Below are positions 31,279-40,663 of a DNA stretch of 64,000 nucleotides, piece by piece; position 1 is the first letter of the stretch; each line of letters opens with the position of its first letter. The notes below the pieces were generated by a model, which was given only the letters and a program-made list of their open reading frames with translations, did no database searches and was not told the DNA's origin. The stretch lies in sequence record MG592671.1. One strand, given 5' to 3'. Position numbers and translations under genes: made by a program.

Positions 31279-31332
31279 AAGTTATATAAAGTAATTCGTA
31301 AAGAAATTTAAAAATTCAAAGGAGACATTATT

Positions 31333-32505
31333 ATGTCACAACTATTGACTGAATCTAAGTGGGCTACAGTAAAAGACAAACTAACTGAAGGCCTTAATGG
31401 TACTAAGAAGCAAGTAATGGAAACTGTACTTGACAACCAACGTAAGCAACTTATGGAAAGTGCAACAAATGGTTCTACTTCTGCAGGTAACATTGCTACA
31501 CTAAACAAAGTAATTCTTCCAGTAATTCGTCGTGTAATGCCAACTGTTATTGCAAACGAAATCATGGGCGTACAGCCAATGACTGGCCCTGTTGGTCAAA
31601 TCCACACTCTACGTGTGCAATATGCTGACAACGCTCCAGGTGTTACTGCTGGTGAAGAAGCACTATCTCCATTCAAAATCGCTAAAGCTTATTCAGGCGA
31701 GACTGGTTCAAGCAATACAGATCCACAAGCTGCACCAACATCACAACTTGAAGGTGTTATGGGTCGCCGTATGAACATTCGTGTTCTACGTGAAACTGTA
31801 GAAGCTAAATCACGTCGTCTATCTGCTCGTTGGACTATTGAATCTGCACAAGATGCTCAATCTCAACACGGTATTGATGTAGAAGCTGAAGTAATGGCTG
31901 CTCTTGCGCAAGAAATCACTGCTGAGATCGACCAAGAAATGCTACACAAGCTTCGTGCACTACCAGGTGCTGCTGCTGTTGAATACGATCAAGCTCGTGT
32001 TACTGGTGTTGCAACATTCGTAGGTGATGAGCATGCTGCACTTGCAACTCTTATCAACCGTCAGTCTAACCTTATTGCACAACGTACACGTCGTGGCGCT
32101 GGTAACTGGGCTGTTATTTCTCCAGCTGTTCTAACTGTTCTTCAGTCTGCAACTACTTCTGCGTTTGCACGTACAACTGAAGGTTCTTTCGAAGCACCAA
32201 CAAATGTTAAATTTGCAGGTACTTTGAATGGTACAATGAAAATTTATGTTGATACATATGCTGATGATCAAGAAGATGTTCTTATCGGCTACAAAGGTTC
32301 TTCAGAAGTTGACGCTGCTGCGTTCTACTGCCCGTATATTCCACTAATGAGCTCAGGCGTTGTTATGGATCCAAACACAGGCGAGCTTGTAGTTTCATTC
32401 CTTAGCCGTTACGGTTACGTTGAACTGAAAGATTCCACGAGTTCATTAGGGAATGCTGCGGACTACTTGTCTAAGATTTCTGTAGCCAACTTGGCATTCT
32501 TTTAA
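31333..32505 (+). CDS. gp23: Major capsid protein (gp23-like)
   Basis: PVIRRVMPTVIANEIMGVQPMTGPVGQIHTLR, EAEVMAALAQEITAEIDQE, TRRGAGNW, AAFYCPYIPL; optimized codon usage; TATAAATA at 31271. Confidence 0.96.
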   Translation: MSQLLTESKWATVKDKLTEGLNGTKKQVMETVLDNQRKQLMESATNGSTSAGNIATLNKVILPVIRRVMPTVIANEIMGVQPMTGPVGQIHTLRVQYADNAPGVTAGEEALSPFKIAKAYSGETGSSNTDPQAAPTSQLEGVMGRRMNIRVLRETVEAKSRRLSARWTIESAQDAQSQHGIDVEAEVMAALAQEITAEIDQEMLHKLRALPGAAAVEYDQARVTGVATFVGDEHAALATLINRQSNLIAQRTRRGAGNWAVISPAVLTVLQSATTSAFARTTEGSFEAPTNVKFAGTLNGTMKIYVDTYADDQEDVLIGYKGSSEVDAAAFYCPYIPLMSSGVVMDPNTGELVVSFLSRYGYVELKDSTSSLGNAADYLSKISVANLAFF

Positions 32506-32548
32506 TTTTTCCGCTGCAAAAGCAGTAGAATTATTAAGAAATCTTATA

Positions 32549-32575
32549 AAAATCCCGCTTCTTGCGGGATTTTTT
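32549..32575 (+). terminator. Terminator after major capsid gene
   Basis: AAAATCCCGC-TTCTT-GCGGGATTTTTT. Confidence 0.85.
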
Positions 32576-32625
32576 GTGACTATGTAAAACTATCATTATA
32601 AAGTGTTATAAAAAGTTATAATTAT

Positions 32626-33081
32626 ATGAGGTCTACTATGCGCATCTGCACTCTTGAAAATACAGAAAAACTACAACGAGAACTACAGACTGCGCTCTCT
32701 CGTCTGGGTGGCGGGTATTGGAATGGCCACTCATGTTTCGATCAAATTCAGCATATCCTAGAAGGTCGAGCTGCGAAGTACATTATACGAAGAGAGAAAT
32801 ACTCTCGTATACGAGGGCGTCAGTTCGATCGTGCCAAAACTGTTATTCGTAAATTCAAAAAACAATTTGCTAAACATCTTTCTGAGCACACCGAACAATA
32901 TATGAATTTAAATTTTGGTGATATATGGGTGAGACACGCTTATAATTACCTTAACGACAATATTCATCCCCAGCAACAAACCCGCCTTCTTACAAAGATG
33001 CCCTCTCTTGTTGAATACAAACGAGTACGAGATTTTAAGCTCAAATACAAACGTAAAGTAAAGAGAGGTCCTGGGAAATGA
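32626..33081 (+). CDS. Hypothetical basic protein
   Basis: 151 aa ORF after -10-like TATAAT elements; no recognised motif. Confidence 0.55.
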   Translation: MRSTMRICTLENTEKLQRELQTALSRLGGGYWNGHSCFDQIQHILEGRAAKYIIRREKYSRIRGRQFDRAKTVIRKFKKQFAKHLSEHTEQYMNLNFGDIWVRHAYNYLNDNIHPQQQTRLLTKMPSLVEYKRVRDFKLKYKRKVKRGPGK

Positions 33082-33395
33082 GTAGGAATCTCGTTATAAA
33101 GGAACTGGTTAACAACCCAGTTCATAAATGCATTCGTGGGAAACACAACCCATTTATACTTCTTCCTATATATGAAAATCACGATCTCTATGAAGAAGTA
33201 AAGTGTAACTACCGTGAAGCTATCAAAAACACAGAAGAAGAAATTTCTAGTTACCATTCTAATATTGCTGGGTACAGAATTAAACTACAGGAAATATATC
33301 GCAAACTTGATAATCTTAATGGATATCTTATAACTCTAGAAGAATTCGCAAGAGAACTCCCTGATGATGAGTTAATGACATATGAGCTATTATAA
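33078..33395 (+). CDS. Small helical protein, TYELL-array member
   Basis: NPFILLPIYENHDLYEEVK; ends LPDDELMTYELL. Confidence 0.7.
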   Translation: MSRNLVIKELVNNPVHKCIRGKHNPFILLPIYENHDLYEEVKCNYREAIKNTEEEISSYHSNIAGYRIKLQEIYRKLDNLNGYLITLEEFARELPDDELMTYELL

Positions 33396-33687
33396 ACAAG
33401 AATTGTCTGGCTTTAAAAAACTTCGCGTTATAGAGGCCTTTATTGCAAAAGATGAAGATGTTTTGTATGATAAACTTGATAATATCATGATCTTAATTGC
33501 GCACTTCAAATTAAAAGCACAAGAAAAACCTTCAAGAATCTGGAGTACGTCTGATCATTATTTGCAAGAACGTGTTAGACAAGCACAGAGTACCCTTATA
33601 TGGGTAGACGAGATTATATCTAAACTCGATGAAGAAGTACAAGCCACATTAGCATTATTAGGCTACGAGCCTTACATAAGGAAATAA
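33382..33687 (+). CDS. Small helical protein, divergent TYELL-array member
   Basis: Near C-term LDEEVQATLALL; ATG inside the TYELL codons of the previous gene. Confidence 0.65.
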   Translation: MSYYKQELSGFKKLRVIEAFIAKDEDVLYDKLDNIMILIAHFKLKAQEKPSRIWSTSDHYLQERVRQAQSTLIWVDEIISKLDEEVQATLALLGYEPYIRK

Positions 33688-33689
33688 AA

Positions 33690-34346
33690 ATGAAAACACG
33701 TTTATTGATCTGTCAGGAAGCAGAACTAAAGGAACTAAACAGGAAACATCATAAGCATAATAGCATTGCCAACCTGAAGGCAGAGCTAGAAGAACTTGGC
33801 GCTCAAGATGTTTTACCACTAAAAGCATACAGTAAAACTAACGGAATCTCTGCAAATGATGTAAAGTTGATGTATCTTCTCGGTGAAAAATCTGTTGTTT
33901 TTAAGGCAGAAGGCACTGATGAAGATTTTGATAACCTTGAAGTTTATCTTACTCTATCTGATATGGATTTCCGTATGTATCCATTCCCTAGTGAAGAACT
34001 AAAAAACAAGTTTAAAGAGACGTTTATTCCTATCCTTAAAGAGTGGAATAAAGAAGCGCACTTGATCGTCCAGTACTGGGCATATCGCTCCAACAGGGAA
34101 AGCAGCTACATTCATATGTCTGATAAAAAATGGCGAAAGCAGCTCTCGTTAATAACTGAGTTGCGTGATAAGAGCGGCCCTGCTGATTCTTATGATGCTG
34201 AAGCACGTGAAGGAAAACTATTCAGCGAGTTTACTAAGAAATTTGCTGCTGATGTTCCATCAGGAATGAAAACATTCGGTGATTTGAATCGTTACATGTA
34301 CCAAACTGCTGAATTCTTTGGATTAGATGTCACAAGGAAATACTAA
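33690..34346 (+). CDS. Hypothetical protein
   Basis: 218 aa ORF with RBS, tightly packed in operon. Confidence 0.6.
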   Translation: MKTRLLICQEAELKELNRKHHKHNSIANLKAELEELGAQDVLPLKAYSKTNGISANDVKLMYLLGEKSVVFKAEGTDEDFDNLEVYLTLSDMDFRMYPFPSEELKNKFKETFIPILKEWNKEAHLIVQYWAYRSNRESSYIHMSDKKWRKQLSLITELRDKSGPADSYDAEAREGKLFSEFTKKFAADVPSGMKTFGDLNRYMYQTAEFFGLDVTRKY

Positions 34347-34600
34347 TGGGCATATATTTTACTAGTGCATATAGAAAATGGAAGCTTGAGATTGATGAGG
34401 GTATTGAGAAAAATGCTGATTCTCTAAGAGAGCAACGTGATACACTAAACAAGTGGATATCTCGCTACACTCAAGGATTGAAGGACGGTACCCCTAATGC
34501 TGGAATGAATCTAGAAGTCTGTATGAATACTAGAGATAAAATGGATTCATATCTAGAATCATTATCAGAAGCCGATAGAATAACCTACGAATTATTGTGA
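34346..34600 (+). CDS. Small helical protein, TYELL-array member
   Basis: Ends LSEADRITYELL. Confidence 0.7.
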   Translation: MGIYFTSAYRKWKLEIDEGIEKNADSLREQRDTLNKWISRYTQGLKDGTPNAGMNLEVCMNTRDKMDSYLESLSEADRITYELL

Positions 34601-34607
34601 GAATACT

Positions 34608-34940
34608 ATGGTAGATCAAGCGGATAAGGTTAATGAGATATACAATGCATTGTACGTTCAAGAGAATCCATTTAAAACTTACCCTTTAATGGAGAATATA
34701 GAGCTGTACAGTGAACTAAAGAAACTCATCAATAGTGATATAATTTCAGCACTACATCTTGAATCTAGAATAAAAAGTTCGTTTAATACCTATATGAGTA
34801 TGGTTGACTATTGTGAAGCTAACCACATGTTGGCAGCAGCACAACATGATGTAGATCTAAGTAACATTTTACTTGAGCGCTTATCTAGCTACACACAAAA
34901 CTTCAACGAGGAAGATAAGGTAACATATGAACTTTTATGA
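34608..34940 (+). CDS. Small helical protein, TYELL-array member
   Basis: NPFKTYPLMENIELYSELK; ends FNEEDKVTYELL. Confidence 0.7.
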   Translation: MVDQADKVNEIYNALYVQENPFKTYPLMENIELYSELKKLINSDIISALHLESRIKSSFNTYMSMVDYCEANHMLAAAQHDVDLSNILLERLSSYTQNFNEEDKVTYELL

Positions 34941-35277
34941 TATACTTAACTCTAAAAAAGTTAAAATATTATCTTTGTGGTATTCTGGAAATACGCCATT
35001 CGATTTATTTCCGATATCGGAAAATATGGATTTGTATATTGATATTATTCGTGACATAAACATGGAATATGAGAACGCATTATTAGCGTATAATAACGCG
35101 TGTGTTTATGAATGGGGTAGACACGATCCCTTAAATCTACCTAAAGCAACTGTAGAGTTAAGTAGCTGTAGGCGTATCGCTAGATATTTTGACCAGTTTG
35201 TGACTAGTTTACCCATTGAGGATAGAGTAACTTTGGCATTGTTTGATGAGTGTGTTGTGCGAGGTTCTTATGATTGA
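34927..35277 (+). CDS. Small helical protein, TYELL-array member
   Basis: TPFDLFPISENMDLYIDII; near C-term LPIEDRVTLALF. Confidence 0.7.
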   Translation: MNFYDILNSKKVKILSLWYSGNTPFDLFPISENMDLYIDIIRDINMEYENALLAYNNACVYEWGRHDPLNLPKATVELSSCRRIARYFDQFVTSLPIEDRVTLALFDECVVRGSYD

Positions 35278-35587
35278 AAAAACCCCTGAGTATATAATAG
35301 AAGCCTTATCTCGTGGCGTAAACCGTTTCAATTTTGATCCGCTGTATTCTGATTTGGAAGGATGGGCAACAGTAAAGAACCATCTAGAAATGGAAATTGT
35401 ATCGCTAACATCAGAGATTATCTCTAGAAAAAAGAGTATTATGTTGGCAAAAACTAATAAACAGCAAATTATAGCCAAAGCTATGTATGGCGTAACTGAC
35501 TCTCGTTTAAAATGTTTTAAACGAGCAAAAGTAAATATTCAAAACTTTTTGTCTGACGAGTACATAGTAACATGGGAGCTTCTATAA
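35270..35587 (+). CDS. Small helical protein, TYELL-array member
   Basis: Start moved to ATG 35270 (RBS GAGGT at 35261); ends LSDEYIVTWELL. Confidence 0.65.
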   Translation: MIEKTPEYIIEALSRGVNRFNFDPLYSDLEGWATVKNHLEMEIVSLTSEIISRKKSIMLAKTNKQQIIAKAMYGVTDSRLKCFKRAKVNIQNFLSDEYIVTWELL

Positions 35588-35606
35588 ATATCTCAAAGGA
35601 GATAAT

Positions 35607-35960
35607 ATGGAAACTTACAAAATACTAAAGTGGGTAGGTATTGAAACGTGGCTACTTACTGAAAGTGGGGAAATCCAAGCCTGTCCTGATGATCTCATCT
35701 TGCAAGAAGGCAATAAAATTACCACAGGGTTTATGTCGGAATATCTGTCAGATGACTCAGTGGTAATATTAACACAGAACACTGTCTTGTACGAATGGGT
35801 AGATACTCCTAGTAAGTACGAAGAGATATACAAAACAGATCTAGAGCGTAGGAATCCCAATGCTCCGGTAATGTGTACTGTTGATCGATCAGGTCCTACA
35901 CTTCAATCCCAAAAGGCTAGGGATGTTGCGACTAACTTTGGCGTAACTTTTGGTAAATAG
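35607..35960 (+). CDS. Hypothetical late protein
   Basis: TATAAATA at 35583 and AAGGAG RBS. Confidence 0.65.
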   Translation: METYKILKWVGIETWLLTESGEIQACPDDLILQEGNKITTGFMSEYLSDDSVVILTQNTVLYEWVDTPSKYEEIYKTDLERRNPNAPVMCTVDRSGPTLQSQKARDVATNFGVTFGK

Positions 35961-35986
35961 TATACAAAATTAAAGGAGATATAGAA

Positions 35987-36343
35987 ATGGATTTTAGAGA
36001 AACACGAATGCTTTTAGAAAGTATTGAAGCTATGGGTAATACTGAGAGTGACGCTCTATCAAACGCTTTTTCATTAGAGGGTATTGGTGAGTTGATTGAA
36101 TATACATTCAGGGATGCTGACACCCCACAAGAGCTACAGCGAGGAATCATTGGTATGTCTACCGAATTACATAATTCCATGAAGGCGGGTGATTACAGTA
36201 TTGCGAACGATATGGGTATTAAACAACCAGAAGATATTAAGCAATTTTTAATCTTTGCCAAGGAAGTTGCGAGTAACCCAGAACAATTCTTTGCTGTGTA
36301 CCAAAACACATTAAATCCTACAGGCGTGCAAGGAGATGTATAA
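35987..36343 (+). CDS. Hypothetical late protein, possible internal head protein
   Basis: N-term MDFRETRMLLESIE carries an L-x-E gp21-type cleavage-like motif. Confidence 0.5.
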   Translation: MDFRETRMLLESIEAMGNTESDALSNAFSLEGIGELIEYTFRDADTPQELQRGIIGMSTELHNSMKAGDYSIANDMGIKQPEDIKQFLIFAKEVASNPEQFFAVYQNTLNPTGVQGDV

Positions 36344-36837
36344 TGGCTAGCAATTACGGGATACAATTTAAGAGAACAACAGTCCCTCAATCTCAGCCAG
36401 AAATAACCCAAATTACTGAAGGTGAATTGGCTATTAACTTAGTAGATAAAAAACTATATACCAAATATAATAACGAAATTATTAATATTGGGTTTGATTT
36501 CGACACGTATGTTGGGAATCAATTTCTGTCTAGAACTGGCGGACCATTATCAGGATTATTGTCTTTTGATACGTCACAATTTGTAGATTTAGATGATGAG
36601 ATATACAGCGGATCATCTTATAATTTAGTACATAAAGGATATGTTCAAACAATAAAAGACGAACTAGAGCTTAGTATAGAAACTAGAGTGCCTGCAGGTT
36701 CTATTGTAGTTTGGTATAATTCCACTCCGATACCTGATGGCTGGGAAGAGTGCAACGGGGACAATGATAACCCAAATATAACTCCAGTTAACTCGGCAGT
36801 AGGAACCACAACATACCCGTACATTATTAAGAAATAA
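36343..36837 (+). CDS. Tail fibre-related protein with tail-collar-like C-terminus
   Basis: IQFKR...ITEGELAINLVDKKLYTK N-term; PAGSIVVWYNSTPIPDGWEECNG collar motif. Confidence 0.65.
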   Translation: MASNYGIQFKRTTVPQSQPEITQITEGELAINLVDKKLYTKYNNEIINIGFDFDTYVGNQFLSRTGGPLSGLLSFDTSQFVDLDDEIYSGSSYNLVHKGYVQTIKDELELSIETRVPAGSIVVWYNSTPIPDGWEECNGDNDNPNITPVNSAVGTTTYPYIIKK

Positions 36838-36839
36838 AT

Positions 36840-36859
36840 AAAGCCCGCATGCGGGCTTT
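36840..36859. terminator. Bidirectional terminator
   Basis: AAAGCCCGCATGCGGGCTTT between convergent ORFs. Confidence 0.75.
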
Positions 36860-36863
36860 ATTG

Positions 36864-37049
36864 TTATCCTTTGTATTCTTCATACTGTGTTTTGCCATTA
36901 TGCTGGATTTCATCTAGCTTAGGCTTTTCAGCAGAATCATCTGTAGACGTTGCTTCTTCTAGAATATCAGCGTAGTAACGCAATTGCTGTGAAGGTAGCT
37001 CAGGGAACAATTCCTTAGCTCCATTAGCTGTTGGTATTATGTGACGCAT
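36864..37049 (-). CDS. Small late protein, possible internal head protein
   Basis: GATAAATA promoter (37074-37081, minus), AGGAG RBS, ILEE motif. Confidence 0.55.
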   Translation of the reverse strand: MRHIIPTANGAKELFPELPSQQLRYYADILEEATSTDDSAEKPKLDEIQHNGKTQYEEYKG

Positions 37050-37137
37050 AGTGTCTCCTTTTATAGATAAAAATATTTATCCATAAAAATATGTTATAAT
37101 ATATTAACAAGTGTTTTTAACTAAAATAGGACATAAA

Positions 37138-37452
37138 ATGAATATTGTAAATATGAAAGATAAAGTAGTCAACAAAGTCTCTGACTTTTATAACATAACG
37201 AAAGAAATTTGGATTCAAGCAGACACTACGTTTAAGGTATGTGTTAGCATTATCGCATGTATTGCCTTGCTTGAGATTGTTTTTTTAAATATTTCTTTTA
37301 TCACTTCAGTACTATTTTTGATGTTTTTATTCACGCTTGAATGTCAAAAAATGGTCATCTCTGATCAAGATGCAACAATCGAGCATTATAAAAATTCTAT
37401 TGCTGAGAATAATAGCAAGTGCGTTGACGAGCAGTCTAACTCTACTAAGTAA
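37138..37452 (+). CDS. Membrane protein
   Basis: Start moved to ATG 37138 (AGGA RBS); long hydrophobic stretch VCVSIIACIALLEIVFLNISFITSVLFLMFLF. Confidence 0.6.
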   Translation: MNIVNMKDKVVNKVSDFYNITKEIWIQADTTFKVCVSIIACIALLEIVFLNISFITSVLFLMFLFTLECQKMVISDQDATIEHYKNSIAENNSKCVDEQSNSTK

Positions 37453-37473
37453 ATGTCTTAACAAGGTGACGCT

Positions 37474-37854
37474 ATGCAATTGTTTCAAGCATTGTTGAGT
37501 ATTATTATGGTAATACTGAATTTGTTTGGTCCTCTTCTTAGATTTTTAGGACTCGTAATTCAAAGTATTCCAGGATCAAAATCTGTTTTAAAGTTCATCC
37601 CATTTATAAGTGGTGAGCCTAAAAAGAAAAAAATATGCTCAAGTACCCATTGGCCAAATGGCAAAAAAATATACACTAGGCATGATCTTATGAGGGATTA
37701 CTTAAATGATCCTGAAGTTATTGAGAGAATGAAGCTTGAGCGCATGCCACCTAATGCTAAATTAGCATATTTCAATAATAAGCATCTTACTACCATCCAA
37801 TATTCCCAGCCTAAAAATGTTACTATGACAGTAAAATTTAGCGGAAGAAAATAA
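37474..37854 (+). CDS. Membrane-anchored hypothetical protein
   Basis: Hydrophobic N-terminus followed by basic region. Confidence 0.55.
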   Translation: MQLFQALLSIIMVILNLFGPLLRFLGLVIQSIPGSKSVLKFIPFISGEPKKKKICSSTHWPNGKKIYTRHDLMRDYLNDPEVIERMKLERMPPNAKLAYFNNKHLTTIQYSQPKNVTMTVKFSGRK

Positions 37855-37904
37855 TACTAAAGCCATGATTATAAATATATGATAACTCATATATGGAGTA
37901 AGAC

Positions 37905-38663
37905 ATGGCTTTTATTTTTAATCACGTTGAACAAACTATTAACGTAACTGACACTTCAAAAGAAATAGTTTTAGATTCTTCTACGGCTATTAAAATACCT
38001 ATCGCAGCAAATACCACTCCATTAGTTTCAGAATACAGAAATACTGTGATCATTAATGATTCTCCTGTGGCTAATGTATCACTTTTAACCGATAGCTCCG
38101 GCAACACAACACAACTATCAGCTGATGGTAGATTGCACTTTCATGATTCAAACTCGTGGAAATCAATATCAGAATATTCTGATATTGATTTGATAAGAAC
38201 ACATAATACTATTCGTTTGGAACAAGTAGCATCTCCTATTGAAGACAGATTATCTGTCACTGAGGCTAAAGCTGCTCTGCCGACAGGAACGATCATGATG
38301 TGGAATCAAAGCACTCCTCCTGCAGGATGGGCATTTTGTAATGGTGCCAACGGCACCCCTGATCTACGAAATAAATTCATACTGGCTAGTAATAATTTCG
38401 AAAGTGGTACTGGCGGGATTGAAAAAGCAGAAGTGAGTATAACACAAATGCCAACACATGATCATGTAGCACCATGGGGAGAGCATGGAGCAAACGGGGC
38501 ACCATGGGGATATTATGGTGCAATGAACAACTATGGAGGTAATGGAGGGTCTGACTGGGATAACAATTGGCCATATAGTTCTAGAGTTGGATCAGGCACA
38601 GCGCCTACTCATAATAACATCCCTCCATTATATGCTCTAGCATATATTATGTACTTAGGTTAA
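37905..38663 (+). CDS. Short tail-fibre/tail-collar protein, paralogue 1
   Basis: PTGTIMMWNQSTPPAGWAFCNGANGTPDLRNKFI; MPTHDH; HNNIPPLYALAYIM. Confidence 0.75.
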   Translation: MAFIFNHVEQTINVTDTSKEIVLDSSTAIKIPIAANTTPLVSEYRNTVIINDSPVANVSLLTDSSGNTTQLSADGRLHFHDSNSWKSISEYSDIDLIRTHNTIRLEQVASPIEDRLSVTEAKAALPTGTIMMWNQSTPPAGWAFCNGANGTPDLRNKFILASNNFESGTGGIEKAEVSITQMPTHDHVAPWGEHGANGAPWGYYGAMNNYGGNGGSDWDNNWPYSSRVGSGTAPTHNNIPPLYALAYIMYLG

Positions 38664-38674
38664 GGATAATTATT

Positions 38675-39520
38675 ATGACTATTAGTTTTAACAACACCAC
38701 ACAGCAAATAACCAATTTAGACAATTCTAAGATATTAAGTTTCCAAAGTCCTGCAGGTCTTAAACTTCCTACTAACAGTTTTGACTTAATCAACCGTGAA
38801 GTTGACAATTTAGGTTTCATGGATAATAGCCCAGTAACAAACGTTCTATTAACAAATACAATATCAACATCAGCACAATCAGTAAATTTCAACCGAAGAC
38901 TACACTTTTATACTAGTGACTATTATTCGGTTATGACTATGGGTGATATTGAGCTTATTAAAGAACACACTGATGCCAGTCTTAGTAACAACTATAATTC
39001 CATTAACAGCCGAGTTGTGGCGCTAGAGAACAAAGCTGAAATCCCATTAGGAACTATAATTATGTGGTCAGGATCATCAGCCCCTAATGGTTGGTCATTA
39101 TGTAACGGACAAACAGTTAACGGATACCGAACACCTGATGTCCGTGATAGATTTATAGTAGGTAACCGTCATAACTGGGCTGGTGGATGGTTAGGGCATG
39201 ATCCTGTGAGGAAAAGTGGCTTCCGCTTAGGCGACTATGGGGGAGAATCAACTCATAGATTAACAGAATCTGAGCTTCCGTCTCATAAGCACGTAATGCC
39301 TTGGGGTGAGGCTTGGTTAGCAGGAGCTCCATGGGGATATTATGGAGGTGCTAATAACGCTGGAGGTAATGACGGAGCTGATTGGGATAATATATGGAGA
39401 TATACATCTAGTCAAGTTCCAGGAGCAGCTGGTGATCGCACTGAACCTGTTTCTGGAGGAGCTGCACACGACAATGTCCCTCCGTACTATAAACTAGCAT
39501 ATATTATGTACACCGGATAA
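38675..39520 (+). CDS. Short tail-fibre/tail-collar protein, paralogue 2
   Basis: PLGTIIMWSGSSAPNGWSLCNGQ...TPDVRDRFI; LPSHKH; HDNVPPYYKLAYIM. Confidence 0.75.
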   Translation: MTISFNNTTQQITNLDNSKILSFQSPAGLKLPTNSFDLINREVDNLGFMDNSPVTNVLLTNTISTSAQSVNFNRRLHFYTSDYYSVMTMGDIELIKEHTDASLSNNYNSINSRVVALENKAEIPLGTIIMWSGSSAPNGWSLCNGQTVNGYRTPDVRDRFIVGNRHNWAGGWLGHDPVRKSGFRLGDYGGESTHRLTESELPSHKHVMPWGEAWLAGAPWGYYGGANNAGGNDGADWDNIWRYTSSQVPGAAGDRTEPVSGGAAHDNVPPYYKLAYIMYTG

Positions 39521-39529
39521 GGATATATT

Positions 39530-40291
39530 ATGTCATTAACATTTAATCATGTGGAAGTTACTATTTCCACAACCAGTGATAAAAAACCAATCACACTAAA
39601 CAATACCGGAGGCGTGCGCTTTCCTAGAGTCGACGACTCTGTATTAATAGAAGACGGAACTATAGCTATCGGCTCAACAGAACCGGCTGGCAGATTACAC
39701 TATAAAAACAATGGAACAATCCGAGCTTCATCAGTACATACAGATATTAATATTATCAAAAATGAAATAGATACTTTAATTACTGATCGCTTTGCTACTA
39801 TAACATCTAGAATAGTTGCTGAGGAGCAAAAAGATAATATACCAAAAGGAGTGATTGCTGCATGGTGGTCTAGTTACGTGCCTGCAGGATGGGCCACGTG
39901 TAATGGACAAACAGTTAACGGAATTAAAACCCCTGACTTAAGAGATCGATTTGTTCCATGCGTTGAGAGTTTATCGACTAACGGACGAAATCTAGGGTCT
40001 AGTCCTACAATGAATAACTTGCGAATTAATGATTATGGAGGCGAAGCCACCCACAAGTTAACTACGTCTGAAATACCAGATCATAAACATGTTATTCCGT
40101 GGGGTGAAGCATATAGTGATCCAAGAGCGTATCCATGGGGTAGGTACACAAATAGTAGAAACAGTTATGGATCAAAAGCTGGACAAGACTATGATAACAG
40201 ATGGCGATACACCTCTCCGTCCGGCGGAGACCAACCACACAACAATCTTCCAAAATTATATTCACTTATGTTTATAATGTTCGTTGGATAA
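39530..40291 (+). CDS. Short tail-fibre/tail-collar protein, paralogue 3
   Basis: PKGVIAAWWSSYVPAGWATCNGQ...TPDLRDRFV; IPDHKH; HNNLPKLYSLMFIM. Confidence 0.75.
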   Translation: MSLTFNHVEVTISTTSDKKPITLNNTGGVRFPRVDDSVLIEDGTIAIGSTEPAGRLHYKNNGTIRASSVHTDINIIKNEIDTLITDRFATITSRIVAEEQKDNIPKGVIAAWWSSYVPAGWATCNGQTVNGIKTPDLRDRFVPCVESLSTNGRNLGSSPTMNNLRINDYGGEATHKLTTSEIPDHKHVIPWGEAYSDPRAYPWGRYTNSRNSYGSKAGQDYDNRWRYTSPSGGDQPHNNLPKLYSLMFIMFVG

Positions 40292-40316
40292 AAAAGCCCG
40301 CTTGAAGCGGGCTTTT
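40292..40316 (+). terminator. Terminator after tail-collar paralogues
   Basis: AAAAGCCCGC-TTGAA-GCGGGCTTTT. Confidence 0.8.
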
Positions 40317-40375
40317 CAGTCTTAGTAATGTTATAATAACTTAACAGCAACAAACAAACACAAAAGGATTTATGT

Positions 40376-40663
40376 ATGTCAAATATTTTCGATAAGAGTT
40401 TTAAGCCTGAAGAAGTTTCTAAACTAAAAACCATTCTTGACACGTGTCGAGTAAGCTTGCAGCATATCAAGGATATTCAAGAGCAAATGAAAGACGATAT
40501 TAGAGAAGTGGCTGAAGAATTAGATATTAAGCCATCTGAAATCAATCAAGCAGCGAAGGCACTTTTTAAAGAAGACATTGCAGCGAAACGAGAGAAGCAT
40601 GAGGCAGTTGAAGAGTTGCTTGAAATTGCAGGCTACGATACGTCTGGTCCTACAGACGTATAA
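40376..40663 (+). CDS. dsDNA-binding protein (T4 DsbA/GapR-like)
   Basis: IKDIQEQMKDDIREVAEELDIKPSEINQAAKALFK pattern; upstream of DNA polymerase. Confidence 0.6.
   Translation: MSNIFDKSFKPEEVSKLKTILDTCRVSLQHIKDIQEQMKDDIREVAEELDIKPSEINQAAKALFKEDIAAKREKHEAVEELLEIAGYDTSGPTDV

Noticed and set aside
37138-37854. Holin/spanin lysis cassette
   Set aside because: Membrane segments are present but there is no lipobox, no adjacent endolysin and no recognisable motif; insufficient support.
37905-40291. Diversity-generating retroelement targeting the tail-collar paralogues
   Set aside because: Similar blocks (about 38470-38580 and 39295-39410) differ at all base types, not only adenines, and no reverse transcriptase is visible; ordinary paralogy.
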